Program-made: the position numbers and the translations under genes
Shown here: positions 19,148 through 29,239 of the stretch, piece by piece
How the letters are laid out: every line of letters begins with the position of its first letter
Position numbering within the stretch: position 1 is the stretch's first letter
The notes under the pieces: model-generated
What the model was told of the DNA's origin: nothing
Databases searched by the model: none
What the model saw: the letters and a program-made list of their open reading frames with translations, nothing else
Assembly (NCBI GenBank): GCA_029882215.1
Contig: JAOULC010000007.1
Span: 13,546-77,545, forward strand
Direction of reading: 5' to 3'
Length of the DNA: 64,000 nt
Source: Gammaproteobacteria bacterium
GTDB taxonomy: Bacteria; Pseudomonadota; Gammaproteobacteria; SZUA-229

Positions 19148-21142
19148 CTACCTCTTGTTTTTATTCAAAGCGGCCTCAAAATCTGCTGCAGCTCTATCAA
19201 ACTGTTTATCAAAATCTTGTGTATGACGATGACTGACACCCGCCAGCAGGATTCTTGTTTTGTCATCTTTCCGCTCAAGCCACAACCAGTAACGCGTAGG
19301 GTTAATATAGAACAGGAAAAACACACCAATCATCAGTAATACACAACCAAAGTAGACAATATCCTGTCCGGGAGACTTAGTGATTTGAATACCGGCCGCC
19401 TGAATGTGTTCAAATGAGCTCAGCTCAACGTACATCGGTGAGCCATAGTATGGCAGTGTGTTCAGGGCCTGTAATGCAATATCAAACCATGCCCAGTCAG
19501 CATTGTTGACAGACTTATGACCCTGTTCCGTCAACATAGTTTCATACACTGTGCCAACGACACTCTGTAATAATTTCAGATAAGTCTCGATGACAGCCTT
19601 TTGTTTATCTTCAGGCACCCTGGCTTTAACATCATTAACGACGGCTTCATAACCACCGGCTATAAATAACGATACCAGATTAAGCATCGAACCACTGATA
19701 TCCGCAGCTAATGCCTGGTCCTTTAGCAAGGCGGCTCCCATGGTTCTGCTTACCGTCTCAATGGCCGCTTTTTCGACCTGTGCCTGATCCGACAGTCTTG
19801 CTAATAACTGCATAAACTGTTCAACACCATTCTCTGAAACCGGTAAATGTAAATACTGAAAAGGCTGAGTCGGGTCGGATCGGACACCACTGAGATAGGT
19901 GGTGACACCTTCAGATGTCACCGGCACCATGTAATTAACAAATTCTTTAGCAACGCCGGATTCATCTCTTAACTTGAAGGTAATACTTGGACCGATATTA
20001 GTCTGCTTAGTCGAACCATCCGGCTGCATAACCCCGTTAATATTAAACAGGCGGAAATCATTCATTTCCACACTCAAGGTTTCGTTGCTGGCGATTATTT
20101 TAAAATCATCAAAGATAGCGGTTTTTTTATTTAGCACCGTACCGGCTTTGTCTCTGACCGACCATAAATTGAGGTCAAGTTTTGTTCCGCCATCCGCAAA
20201 GCTGGCCTGATACAGCGCAAAGCCTCTGTAAATAAACGGATGATTAACGGCGATCGTCGCCTCAATCGGCTTTTCCAGCACATCGTCATGAATAATCAGG
20301 TCACTTTCAAATGACTTCGGGGCACCGGTTGAATAGTGCTCGACTCTGAAATCTTTTAATTCAATCGCAAACGGTAGTTCCTGTACCACATAACCATCAC
20401 GTATATTCAGAAATACAATGTTAGCCTTACCGCCTTCCGGTATTTGTACATTACCGCGAAATGACGCATTGCTCGGTGCAATACGGCTAATATCCGGTAC
20501 TTCTGAGGCTGATATATTCCGAGTTTCCGGCTTCAGATTACCGGACCACTCTGCCACCATCATTGGAATCTTGCTATCGAACAGCGCCCCCACACAGATT
20601 ATGATCACGCCCATATGGGTCAGGATATAACCCCAGCGATTAATACCGCCTTTTTTTGCGGCAATTAACTCATAACCCTCACCCGCCGACGTTCTTGATT
20701 TCATGCCAAGAAAATGAAAGAAGTTCGAGCCCATCGCCATAACATCCGCGACGCTATGTTCTGTTTGCCAATGTTGCTGATGTTTGAAGGTTTGTAATGA
20801 CTTTAACTGCACATTGGTACGAAAGCGTCTGGCTTCACGTAAAAAAACCGGTGCATTACGGTAAACACAAACCGAAGTCGATAAAATAAGGAAGGCCAGA
20901 ATAGACAGAAACCAGATCGCGGCATAGACATCGTATAAGGCTATTTTTTCAAAAAACTCGAACCAGAAAGGACCAAACTTTAAAATATAATCATTATAAC
21001 TCTGGTTCTGCTGCAGCACTGTTCCAATGACCGAGGCTATGGCTAATGCTGCAAGCAAAGTAATGGCCAGCTCCATTGAACCGATAAATTCAATAAACCG
21101 TTTAGCCCTTGATTTTTTTAGGTTTTGTACAACTTCGGCCAC
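19148..21142 (-). CDS. resB: System II cytochrome c biogenesis protein ResB
   Basis: SMELAITLL..LAIASVIGTVLQQ, THMG, VNHPF..RGFALYQASF, KSPG. Confidence 0.9.
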   Translation of the reverse strand: MAEVVQNLKKSRAKRFIEFIGSMELAITLLAALAIASVIGTVLQQNQSYNDYILKFGPFWFEFFEKIALYDVYAAIWFLSILAFLILSTSVCVYRNAPVFLREARRFRTNVQLKSLQTFKHQQHWQTEHSVADVMAMGSNFFHFLGMKSRTSAGEGYELIAAKKGGINRWGYILTHMGVIIICVGALFDSKIPMMVAEWSGNLKPETRNISASEVPDISRIAPSNASFRGNVQIPEGGKANIVFLNIRDGYVVQELPFAIELKDFRVEHYSTGAPKSFESDLIIHDDVLEKPIEATIAVNHPFIYRGFALYQASFADGGTKLDLNLWSVRDKAGTVLNKKTAIFDDFKIIASNETLSVEMNDFRLFNINGVMQPDGSTKQTNIGPSITFKLRDESGVAKEFVNYMVPVTSEGVTTYLSGVRSDPTQPFQYLHLPVSENGVEQFMQLLARLSDQAQVEKAAIETVSRTMGAALLKDQALAADISGSMLNLVSLFIAGGYEAVVNDVKARVPEDKQKAVIETYLKLLQSVVGTVYETMLTEQGHKSVNNADWAWFDIALQALNTLPYYGSPMYVELSSFEHIQAAGIQITKSPGQDIVYFGCVLLMIGVFFLFYINPTRYWLWLERKDDKTRILLAGVSHRHTQDFDKQFDRAAADFEAALNKNKR

Positions 21143-21244
21143 ACTATTAACCTTACTTCAAAACATTACGAGGCCGCATTATGCCATACACTGTTATCTT
21201 TATATCCATAATCTGACCACATCTCTCGTATAAAATTCGAACAT

Positions 21245-21276
21245 AAAAAAAAGGGTGGCCAAAGCCACCCTTTTTT
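21245..21276 (-). terminator. Intrinsic terminator after cytochrome c4
   Basis: aaaaaaaagggtggc-caaa-gccacccttttt. Confidence 0.85.
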
Positions 21277-21295
21277 AAAACGCTATTGCTTCGAC

Positions 21296-21907
21296 TTATT
21301 TAAGACCGGCAATAAACTGAGCTACTGCTTCAATCTCTTCATTGGTCATACGCAGCGCGACATTACGCATCATCTTTCCGGCATCGTTTTTACGATTATT
21401 ATCACGGAAGTCACGCAGCTGCTTTGCCGTATACTTGGCATGCTGACCTTTCAGAGAAGGGAACTTTGCGCCCGGGTTACCTGCACCGCTTGGAGAGTGG
21501 CAACCCATACATGCTGGTACACCTGAAGAGATGTTGCCACCACGGTATATGGCTTTACCTAAAGCCACCTGTTTTTCATCAGCCATGCCCGCTTTACCGG
21601 TTTGTGACGCGTAAAAGGCTGCCAGATCTTCCATATCTTGTGCCGATAAGGCAGCAACCATACCCAACATTGTTGGATCATTACGATGTGTTGCGGCTTT
21701 AAAGTCAGCCATTTGCTTCACAAGATAATCAGCGTGCTGGCCAGCCAGGCTTGGAAAAGCATCCGCAGGTGAATTACCGTCTGCACCATGACAGCCCATG
21801 CACATAGCCGACTTGTCTTTACCAGCTGCTGCATTACCAGCAGCAAATACAGAAACGTTAGAACCTAATAACGCGCATAATGCAGCAATTAATAACTTAG
21901 TTTTCAT
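21296..21907 (-). CDS. Diheme cytochrome c4
   Basis: Signal peptide, two CMGCH motifs, P.LAGQ, distal Met ligands; divergent from engB. Confidence 0.93.
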   Translation of the reverse strand: MKTKLLIAALCALLGSNVSVFAAGNAAAGKDKSAMCMGCHGADGNSPADAFPSLAGQHADYLVKQMADFKAATHRNDPTMLGMVAALSAQDMEDLAAFYASQTGKAGMADEKQVALGKAIYRGGNISSGVPACMGCHSPSGAGNPGAKFPSLKGQHAKYTAKQLRDFRDNNRKNDAGKMMRNVALRMTNEEIEAVAQFIAGLK

Positions 21908-22084
21908 TCTCTACTCTCCGACAGGATGAAAATTCACCTTACATTCTATAAGGTGCAGAAAAATTTGTGCGGCGAGTTTACACCACCGCAGCGCTGGCAT
22001 CAAAGATATTTGCCCATAAATTAGTATATATTGATAAAGCAATAGATCTTCGCTAATAAAACCAAACCTTAGTATAATTCCCGT

Positions 22085-22705
22085 ATGAATACATATTACA
22101 AACGTCTGCGCTTTTTAATAAGCGCTGCTGCAAAAACACAATTTCCTGACACCGATACCGTTGAAATAGCCTTTGCCGGTCGTTCAAATGCAGGAAAATC
22201 CAGTGCAATCAACACCATAGCCGACAATAAAACCATCGCCCGCACCAGTAAAACACCCGGGCGTACACAGCTGATTAATTTTTTCTCGCTCGATGACACC
22301 CGCTTACTGGTTGATTTGCCAGGCTATGGCTTCGCTAAAGTCCCGCCCGCTGTTAAGGCACAGTGGCTGGCGCTGATGGAAAGCTACCTCACAGCACGAC
22401 CCAATATTGCTGGTCTGGTCATCATTATGGACATCCGCCACCCGCTGAAAGATTTTGACTGGAAAATGCTTGAATGGTGTGAACATTACAAAATTAAAGC
22501 CCATGTCTTACTGACTAAGGCCGATAAACTAAAAAAAGGCCCGGCAAAATCCACCATGCTACAGGTTGCCAAACAAATTAAAGAAGCCGGACTTGAAGCC
22601 AGTGTGCAGCTTTTTTCCGCATTAAAAAAAGAAGGCGTTAGTGAAGCCCACCAAAAGCTGGATCAGTGGCTGGGATTGAACACCTCAGCTAATACTCTGG
22701 ATTAA
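22085..22705 (+). CDS. engB: Ribosome biogenesis GTPase YihA/EngB
   Basis: GRSNAGKS, SKTPGRTQ, DLPGYG, TKADK. Confidence 0.96.
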   Translation: MNTYYKRLRFLISAAAKTQFPDTDTVEIAFAGRSNAGKSSAINTIADNKTIARTSKTPGRTQLINFFSLDDTRLLVDLPGYGFAKVPPAVKAQWLALMESYLTARPNIAGLVIIMDIRHPLKDFDWKMLEWCEHYKIKAHVLLTKADKLKKGPAKSTMLQVAKQIKEAGLEASVQLFSALKKEGVSEAHQKLDQWLGLNTSANTLD

Positions 22706-23762
22706 CTTCCAGCAAGGTCACAATGCAATTTCGGCCTTGCTCTTTGCCTTTATACAATAGCTGGTCAGCCTGTCTTAGCACACCCTCTATACTCTGCCGA
22801 CCATCCAACAGTGCCATACCAAATGTCATGGTCACCGGGATCTGCTCCTTATTGTGTTTGAAGGTATGTGTCGCAACCACCTCCCTTAACATCTCTATGA
22901 CCTGCCTCGCTCCGGCTACATCTGTCTCTGGTAATAACATGGTAAATTCTTCACCACCCCAGCGTGATAAAATATCCTGTTGGCGTAAAACCGAGCGCAT
23001 CAGTGCTGATATTTCTTTCAGCACATAATCACCACTATCATGGCCGTATCGGTCATTAACGGTTTTGAATAAATCAATATCGGATATAACCAATACACTG
23101 GTCTTAGCACTACGCTGCAGACGAACCTGTTCCAGCTCTATCATTTCCTGCATTTTGCGGCGGTTATATAACCCGGTTAAAGAGTCCCTTATCGCCAACT
23201 GCTCCATCTCCCATTCGGCCCTGACAGAAGAGCTTCTTAAGCCATAACCCAGCAGACCAATGGCTAAAAAGTTCACCGCAATATTTAAAAACTGAAAGCT
23301 TTCAATAACATCACTGTCAACGACAATTTGATAAGCTGCTCCGCTGGTGTTTATTAATAACCATAAATACACACAAAAGACCGTAAATACCTGCGCCCAT
23401 AGCATTAATAGAGATTGCTTGTGGTTAATAAAGACAAAAAGCACAAATGGCATAAAGTAATAATGAAAACCACTATCCCAACCCAGAAAATAGGTTGCGA
23501 CTATGGCATGAGAAAACACCTCAATCGAAACAAGAAGTACCGCCTCCACATGGCGCCCGTGTCGATTTAAAAGGTAAGCCGCCAGCCAGGCAGAAACGCT
23601 AAAAACATTAAAAATCGCAAGAAAATTTAGATTAATCCATAAGAACAGGGTGATAAACAACAAATGGGCCAAAAAACCAACATACGATACGAAATTAAGC
23701 ACAACAAACAGCCTATAATTCTCCCTCTCTACGTGCTCAGAAAATATAGTAGCTGCTTTCAT
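22689..23762 (-). CDS. Membrane-bound diguanylate cyclase
   Basis: About 6 TM segments, then DSLTGLYNR, RQQD I-site, GGEEF. 3' end overlaps engB by 17 bp. Confidence 0.9.
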   Translation of the reverse strand: MKAATIFSEHVERENYRLFVVLNFVSYVGFLAHLLFITLFLWINLNFLAIFNVFSVSAWLAAYLLNRHGRHVEAVLLVSIEVFSHAIVATYFLGWDSGFHYYFMPFVLFVFINHKQSLLMLWAQVFTVFCVYLWLLINTSGAAYQIVVDSDVIESFQFLNIAVNFLAIGLLGYGLRSSSVRAEWEMEQLAIRDSLTGLYNRRKMQEMIELEQVRLQRSAKTSVLVISDIDLFKTVNDRYGHDSGDYVLKEISALMRSVLRQQDILSRWGGEEFTMLLPETDVAGARQVIEMLREVVATHTFKHNKEQIPVTMTFGMALLDGRQSIEGVLRQADQLLYKGKEQGRNCIVTLLEVNPEY

Positions 23763-23883
23763 ATCGCTAAAACCCTCTCCCTAGATGCACAAAATCAATC
23801 CGCTTTATCTCTTTATAGTCATAAAGCCAAATAAAAACACAAAACCTATTGTATTTTTATAACCGCTCAAGTAATCTTTAGCA

Positions 23884-23994
23884 CAGCTCAGGGAGCAAAT
23901 TAGAACAGGGGTTACTCTAAACTGGTAAACAATAACCAGAGAATTCCCCCCTGATCCTGCCTTCTCCTCTTAATGAGGAGAGGGTCATCTTTTT
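23884..23994 (+). ncRNA. Candidate ~110-nt small RNA (sRNA-B)
   Basis: TTGTAT-17-TAATCT promoter at 23849-23877; stem CAGGGG/CCCCTG; terminator ccttctcctc/gaggagaggg plus T-rich tail; no ORF. Confidence 0.45.
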
Positions 23995-24144
23995 CCCGGC
24001 CGCTACTCACTTCTGTACTCTCCCGGCGACTCATACACTTTGTATTAATTTTGTCCACAGACTTTTGAAGCCCTCGGTTGCTCACACGCTTTTCATATAA
24101 TGACTATACTGAAGTTTTAATTGGTCACGGAAGAAATTTCAGGC

Positions 24145-24298
24145 AAAAAAAAGCCTCGGCCTTTGGGGTTGGCCGAGGTCAAGTAAGGGCCGGTTTGGGG
24201 AAACCAGACCCAATTTGTCCGCTCAGGGAGATGAACGGACTGCGCTGGGCTACAGCGCTGCTACAAAAGAAATCATAAAATGACTTACTGACCTAATT
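24145..24298 (-). ncRNA. Candidate sigmaE-dependent sRNA at the spf/ErsA position downstream of polA (sRNA-A)
   Basis: Four consecutive hairpins with C-rich loops ending in a U8 tract, behind a sigmaE-like promoter; same position as Spot42 and ErsA. Confidence 0.7.
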
Positions 24299-24304
24299 AA
24301 AGAC

Positions 24305-24332
24305 TATGACTAGCCTAAGTCAAAAGAGTTCC
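24305..24332 (-). promoter_or_regulatory. SigmaE (RpoE/AlgU)-type promoter
   Basis: Minus strand GGAACT-16nt-GTCATA. Confidence 0.65.
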
Positions 24333-24429
24333 GATGAAAGGCAACATTCATTACATTGTTGTAACAATTGCAGCATTTTTCTTACAAAAAAGCCTCATTT
24401 AAAGTAAAAAGCACTTAAGTTTAACGGCT

Positions 24430-27156
24430 TTAATGTGCCTCATCCCAGTTTTTACCGGTATCGACTGAAACGATTAAGGGCACGGTCAGCTCGGCGGCTG
24501 ACTGCATTTTTTCAGTCACCATCGCGCTAAAATCGGCTAACTGACTGGTTACCACTTCAAACACCAGCTCATCGTGCACCTGCATAACCATTAGCGCGTC
24601 AAAGTCGCTTTTTTGCATCTGCTGATCAACCGCAATCATTGCACGTTTAATTATATCAGCCGCTGTACCCTGCATTGGTGCATTGATGGCCGTGCGCTCG
24701 GCATATTGACGACGCATGCCATTTCGGGAATTAATTTCCGGCAGATATAAACGACGACCAAACACCGTTTCAACATACCCATCATCATGTGCCTTGGCAC
24801 GGGTTTTATCCATATAAGCCTTAACACCCGGATAGCGATCAAAGTACACATCGATATAATCCTGCGCATCAAAGCGTGTAATACCGAGTTGTTTTGCCAA
24901 CCCAAATGCGCTCATGCCATAGATCAGGCCGAAGTTAATCGCCTTGGCGGCGCGGCGCTCTTCAGTGCCCACCTTATCTAACTCCAGACCAAAAACTTCT
25001 GCCGCGGTTGCACTGTGTACGTCAATATCATTTGAAAAGGCATGCAACAGACCTTCATCGGCTGACAAATGCGCCATGATACGTAATTCGATTTGTGAGT
25101 AATCAGCAGCCAGCATGATGCGACCGGTCTCTGGAATAAAGGCCTGACGAATTCGGCGGCCTTCAGCGCTGCGAATCGGAATATTTTGTAAGTTTGGATC
25201 CGAAGACGATAAACGCCCGGTTGCTGCCACCGCCTGATGGTATGACGTGTGTACACGTGCGGAATCGGCATCCACCATTTTAGGCAGCTTATCGGTATAA
25301 GTTGATTTGAGCTTTGATAATGAGCGTGTTTCTAATAATAGCTTCGGTAATTCATATTCTTCTGCCAGTTCCTGCAGTACATCTTCGGCCGTAGAAGGCT
25401 GACCTTTCGGTGTCTTACGGATAACCGGGATTTGCATTTTCTCGAACAGAATGTGCTGAATTTGTTTTGGTGACGCAAGGTTAAATTCTTCACCGGCCAC
25501 TTCATAAGCTTTTTCTTCCAGTGCCTTGATGCTAATGGCCAGCTCTTCGCTTTGCGCATTCAGCATAGCAACATCCACTTTCACGCCGATGTGCTCCATT
25601 CTTTGTAATACATCGAGCAGCGGCATCTCTATCTCACGATAGACTTTTTGCAGGCTGGCTTCTGCTGTCAGTTTTGCCTGTAACACCTGATGCAGGCGCA
25701 AAGTGATATCGGCATCTTCGGCAGCATATGGCCCGGCCTGCTCTAAAGGGACTTTATCGAAAGTGATTTGTTTTGCACCTTTGCCGGCTACGTCTTCAAA
25801 ATGAATAGTGGTCACCCCCAGATATTTTTGCGCCAGCGTATCCATATCATGGCGTGAGGTAGAATCCACCACATAAGATTCCAGCATGCTGTCATCGCTG
25901 ATGCCTTGCATGACGATGCCGTGGTTCATCAAAACGTGTTTATCGTATTTCAGGTTCTGACCGATCTTACCTTTGTTCGGGTCTTCCAATAAGGGTTTTA
26001 ATGCACCCAGTACCTGCTCTTCTGTCAACTGCTCTGGTGCGCCCTCATAAACATGAGCAAACGGCACATAAGCGGCTTTAAAGGCTTCCACGGCGAAGGA
26101 GACACCGACCACCCGAGCCTGCATGTATTCGAGACTGGTGGTTTCGGTATCAAACACAAAACTCTCAGCCATGTTGAGTTTTTCCAGCCAACTTTCAAAT
26201 TGTGCCAGCTCCAGCACGGTTTCATATTCAACATCGGCGCTAACTGCTACGACATGGTCAGTTGTATCTGCCTCATCATTGGACCCTTCACTGAGCTGAC
26301 GTAACCAGCTGTTAAATTCCAGTTCGCTGTACAGTTCTTTTAAACGCTCATTATCCGGCTGATGCAGTGCCAGCTCATCCAGTCCCAGTTCCAGCTCTAG
26401 ATTACAGTCGATGGTGGCCAGTTCATATGACAACGGTAAATGCGCCAGACTGTCGCGTAAGTTTTCCCCGATCTTGCCTTTAAACTTGTCGGCATTATCC
26501 ATGATCGCCTGCAATGAGCCATATTCCTTCAGCCACTTGGCAGCGGTTTTTGGGCCTACTTTCGGTACCCCGGGAATGTTGTCAACGGTGTCACCAATCA
26601 GCGCCAGATAATCAATGATCTGGTCGGCATTAACATCAAACTTTGTTACCACACCGGCCGGATCCATCAGGCTATTATTCATGGTATTAATCAGCGTTAC
26701 ATGCTCACTGGACAGCTGCGCCATGTCTTTATCACCGGTTGAAATCAGCATCTCTGAACCGGCATCGGTGGCTTTTTTTGCCAGCGTACCGATCACGTCA
26801 TCGGCCTCCACGCCATCAACAACCAGCATCGGAAAACCCAGCGCCTCGACCAGCTCATGCAATGGCTCGATCTGTTCTCTCAAATCATCCGGCATTGGCG
26901 GGCGATTGGCTTTGTAGTCCTGATACAAGTCATGGCGAAAGGTTTTGCCCTTGGCATCAAAAATCACCGCCATCGATTGCGGCTGATAATCGGCCTGCAA
27001 TTTTTTCAGCATATTAACCACGCCATAAACTGCACCGGTCGGCCTCCCCTTGCTATTAGTCAGCGGCGGCATTGCATGAAAGGCGCGGAATAAATAAGAA
27101 GATCCGTCGACCAGAATAATAGGTGGCTTTGCTTTGTTGCTGGATTTGGGGGCCAT
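24430..27156 (-). CDS. polA: DNA polymerase I
   Basis: LVDGSSYLFRAFHA, FDTETT, DYSQIELR, KAINFGLIYG, QVHDELVFE. ATG at 27156. Confidence 0.98.
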   Translation of the reverse strand: MAPKSSNKAKPPIILVDGSSYLFRAFHAMPPLTNSKGRPTGAVYGVVNMLKKLQADYQPQSMAVIFDAKGKTFRHDLYQDYKANRPPMPDDLREQIEPLHELVEALGFPMLVVDGVEADDVIGTLAKKATDAGSEMLISTGDKDMAQLSSEHVTLINTMNNSLMDPAGVVTKFDVNADQIIDYLALIGDTVDNIPGVPKVGPKTAAKWLKEYGSLQAIMDNADKFKGKIGENLRDSLAHLPLSYELATIDCNLELELGLDELALHQPDNERLKELYSELEFNSWLRQLSEGSNDEADTTDHVVAVSADVEYETVLELAQFESWLEKLNMAESFVFDTETTSLEYMQARVVGVSFAVEAFKAAYVPFAHVYEGAPEQLTEEQVLGALKPLLEDPNKGKIGQNLKYDKHVLMNHGIVMQGISDDSMLESYVVDSTSRHDMDTLAQKYLGVTTIHFEDVAGKGAKQITFDKVPLEQAGPYAAEDADITLRLHQVLQAKLTAEASLQKVYREIEMPLLDVLQRMEHIGVKVDVAMLNAQSEELAISIKALEEKAYEVAGEEFNLASPKQIQHILFEKMQIPVIRKTPKGQPSTAEDVLQELAEEYELPKLLLETRSLSKLKSTYTDKLPKMVDADSARVHTSYHQAVAATGRLSSSDPNLQNIPIRSAEGRRIRQAFIPETGRIMLAADYSQIELRIMAHLSADEGLLHAFSNDIDVHSATAAEVFGLELDKVGTEERRAAKAINFGLIYGMSAFGLAKQLGITRFDAQDYIDVYFDRYPGVKAYMDKTRAKAHDDGYVETVFGRRLYLPEINSRNGMRRQYAERTAINAPMQGTAADIIKRAMIAVDQQMQKSDFDALMVMQVHDELVFEVVTSQLADFSAMVTEKMQSAAELTVPLIVSVDTGKNWDEAH

Positions 27157-27231
27157 GAGTTGTGTATAGTCCAATTAAAGAGCCCGAATTATCTCAGAGG
27201 CGTTCACCGATATGAAGCACCAAGGCCATAT

Positions 27232-27957
27232 ATGAAGAAAACAAATCGTCCGGATTTACCCGATGCTCCTGTTAATGCCGACGGCACACTGATCCGTGAG
27301 TCATGGAAAGTGTTTCAGATCATGGCAGAGTTTGTTGAAGGCTTTGAACGCCTCGCTACCATCAAGCCATCGGTCAGCATTTTTGGTTCATCACGCACAC
27401 TGTCCGATCACCCTGATTACCTTAATGCTGAAATCATTGCCCGCAGCTTATCCGATGCCGGTTTCTCGATTGTCAGCGGCGGCGGTCCCGGTATTATGGA
27501 AGCGGCCAATAAAGGCGGTAAAGCCGGCAAGTCGCCCAGCATCGGCCTGAATATCATGCTACCAAAAGAGCAGATGCCGAATGACTATCAGGAAATTGAG
27601 CTTAATTTCCGCCATTTCTTCACCCGTAAAGTCATGTTTGTTAAATACGCATCGGCTTATGTGGTGTGCCCGGGTGGCTTTGGTACACTCGATGAAATGG
27701 CGGAAATACTGACACTGGTAGAAACAGGGAAATCCAGACACATACCCATTATTCTGGTTAATCGCGCCTTCTGGAGCGGCTTACTCGACTGGTTTGAAAA
27801 CACACTGGTTAGACAGGGCATGATAAATGCTGAAGACCTGAAGCTCATCTCGATCGCCGAAACAGCCGAAGAAGTACTTCAGATTATCTTTGATCATTAT
27901 GAAGACCGTGACTTTGAACCGTCGCTGCAGGAACAGGAAATACTTTTACAGCTTTAA
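27232..27957 (+). CDS. LOG-family (TIGR00730) nucleotide monophosphate nucleosidase
   Basis: SGGGPGIMEA, FFTRK, PGGFGTLDE. Confidence 0.9.
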   Translation: MKKTNRPDLPDAPVNADGTLIRESWKVFQIMAEFVEGFERLATIKPSVSIFGSSRTLSDHPDYLNAEIIARSLSDAGFSIVSGGGPGIMEAANKGGKAGKSPSIGLNIMLPKEQMPNDYQEIELNFRHFFTRKVMFVKYASAYVVCPGGFGTLDEMAEILTLVETGKSRHIPIILVNRAFWSGLLDWFENTLVRQGMINAEDLKLISIAETAEEVLQIIFDHYEDRDFEPSLQEQEILLQL

Positions 27958-28011
27958 CATGTGCGGGCAGGCTGCTAAAATGACGCACTAATCAAATAAC
28001 AAGTTATTACC

Positions 28012-28977
28012 ATGTCGGTTTATACCACCATCGAACAAGACGAGCTGCGAACCTTTTTATTACGTTATGACGTAGGCGAGCTGGTCTCCTATCAGGGCAT
28101 CAGTGCTGGCATTGAAAACACCAACTACTTTGTCACCACCTGCCAAGATGGCCAGCAAAACGAATTTGTGCTGACCATTTTTGAAGCCCATGATGCTGAT
28201 GAGATGCCTTACTTTCTCGATCTGATGGCTCATCTCAACGAGCACAAAGTACCGAGCGCACACCCGATTATCGACAGACAGGGGCGTATGCTACAGAATT
28301 TAAAAAATAAACCCGCCGCATTAGTCCAGAGATTAAAAGGCAGCAGCATTACAGAAACCACTGCCGAACACTGCTGCAAACTTGGCGCTGCTCTGGGTGA
28401 CTTACACAGCGCCGGTTTGAGCTTTGATCAGCAGCAGGAAAACACCCGTGGCCCACACTGGTGGCATGAAACCACAAACTTGCTGGAAAACAAATTAAGC
28501 AGCGATGACCTTGCTGTGTTACACGAAGAAATGAAATTTCAGGAAACACAGAGCCATGCCGATATACCCCGCGGCTTGATTCATGCCGACCTGTTCAGAG
28601 ACAATGCCCTGTGGCACGATAACGAACTGAGCGGCATTATTGATCTTTATTTCGCCAGCACAGACGCGCTTTTATATGATGTAGCGGTCACGGTTAATGA
28701 CTGGTGCAGTAACCCCGATGGCAGCCTGAATTTTGAAAAAACAAGCAGCCTGCTAAAAGCCTACCATCAGCACAGGTCTTTTACTGAGACAGAAAAGTCA
28801 CTCTGGCCGGTAATGCTACGCGCTGCTGCACTGCGTTTCTGGCTATCGCGTTTATATGCGATTCATTTTCCGAAAGAAGGTGAAATGACACACCAGAAAG
28901 ATCCTCAGGAATTCAAAACCATTCTGTTACACCGCAGAAACGAAAGCAGCAAAATTCTCGACAACTGGGTGCCATAA
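28012..28977 (+). CDS. thrB: Homoserine kinase, type II
   Basis: MSVYT, GIENTNYF, IHADLFRDN, IIDLYF, RAAALRFWLSRL, KDP. Confidence 0.93.
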   Translation: MSVYTTIEQDELRTFLLRYDVGELVSYQGISAGIENTNYFVTTCQDGQQNEFVLTIFEAHDADEMPYFLDLMAHLNEHKVPSAHPIIDRQGRMLQNLKNKPAALVQRLKGSSITETTAEHCCKLGAALGDLHSAGLSFDQQQENTRGPHWWHETTNLLENKLSSDDLAVLHEEMKFQETQSHADIPRGLIHADLFRDNALWHDNELSGIIDLYFASTDALLYDVAVTVNDWCSNPDGSLNFEKTSSLLKAYHQHRSFTETEKSLWPVMLRAAALRFWLSRLYAIHFPKEGEMTHQKDPQEFKTILLHRRNESSKILDNWVP

Positions 28978-29239
28978 AATACAGTAAGCTACCCAGAGCG
29001 GTCAGCCTGATTAAATACAAAATCTGCCTCTAATGACCGTAAAAATGCAGCAGCCAGAGCCACTCAGAAGGCAAGACTGAAGCACAGAGCAGTACGTTTA
29101 TAAAACTGTTGCCCTGTGCTAACAGTTGCGCAAGCGTTTAACATTGATTTTTTTATAACAGAAAAGTGTCTGTAACTTTTAACTTCTCAGCTTATATTTA
29201 CATACTGCGGAAAATAATGCCCGGCCCAGCAAAGACAGC

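Noticed and set aside
22689..22705. 17-bp convergent overlap of engB and the DGC
   Set aside because: Short tail-to-tail overlaps are common and there is no further signal
24145..24260. Serial hairpins as a CRISPR array or REP cluster
   Set aside because: The stems differ in sequence, there is no repeat-spacer periodicity and no cas genes
24078..24278. 66-aa ORF in the polA-DGC interval
   Set aside because: No SD, TTG start, and it runs antisense across the structured RNA and terminator
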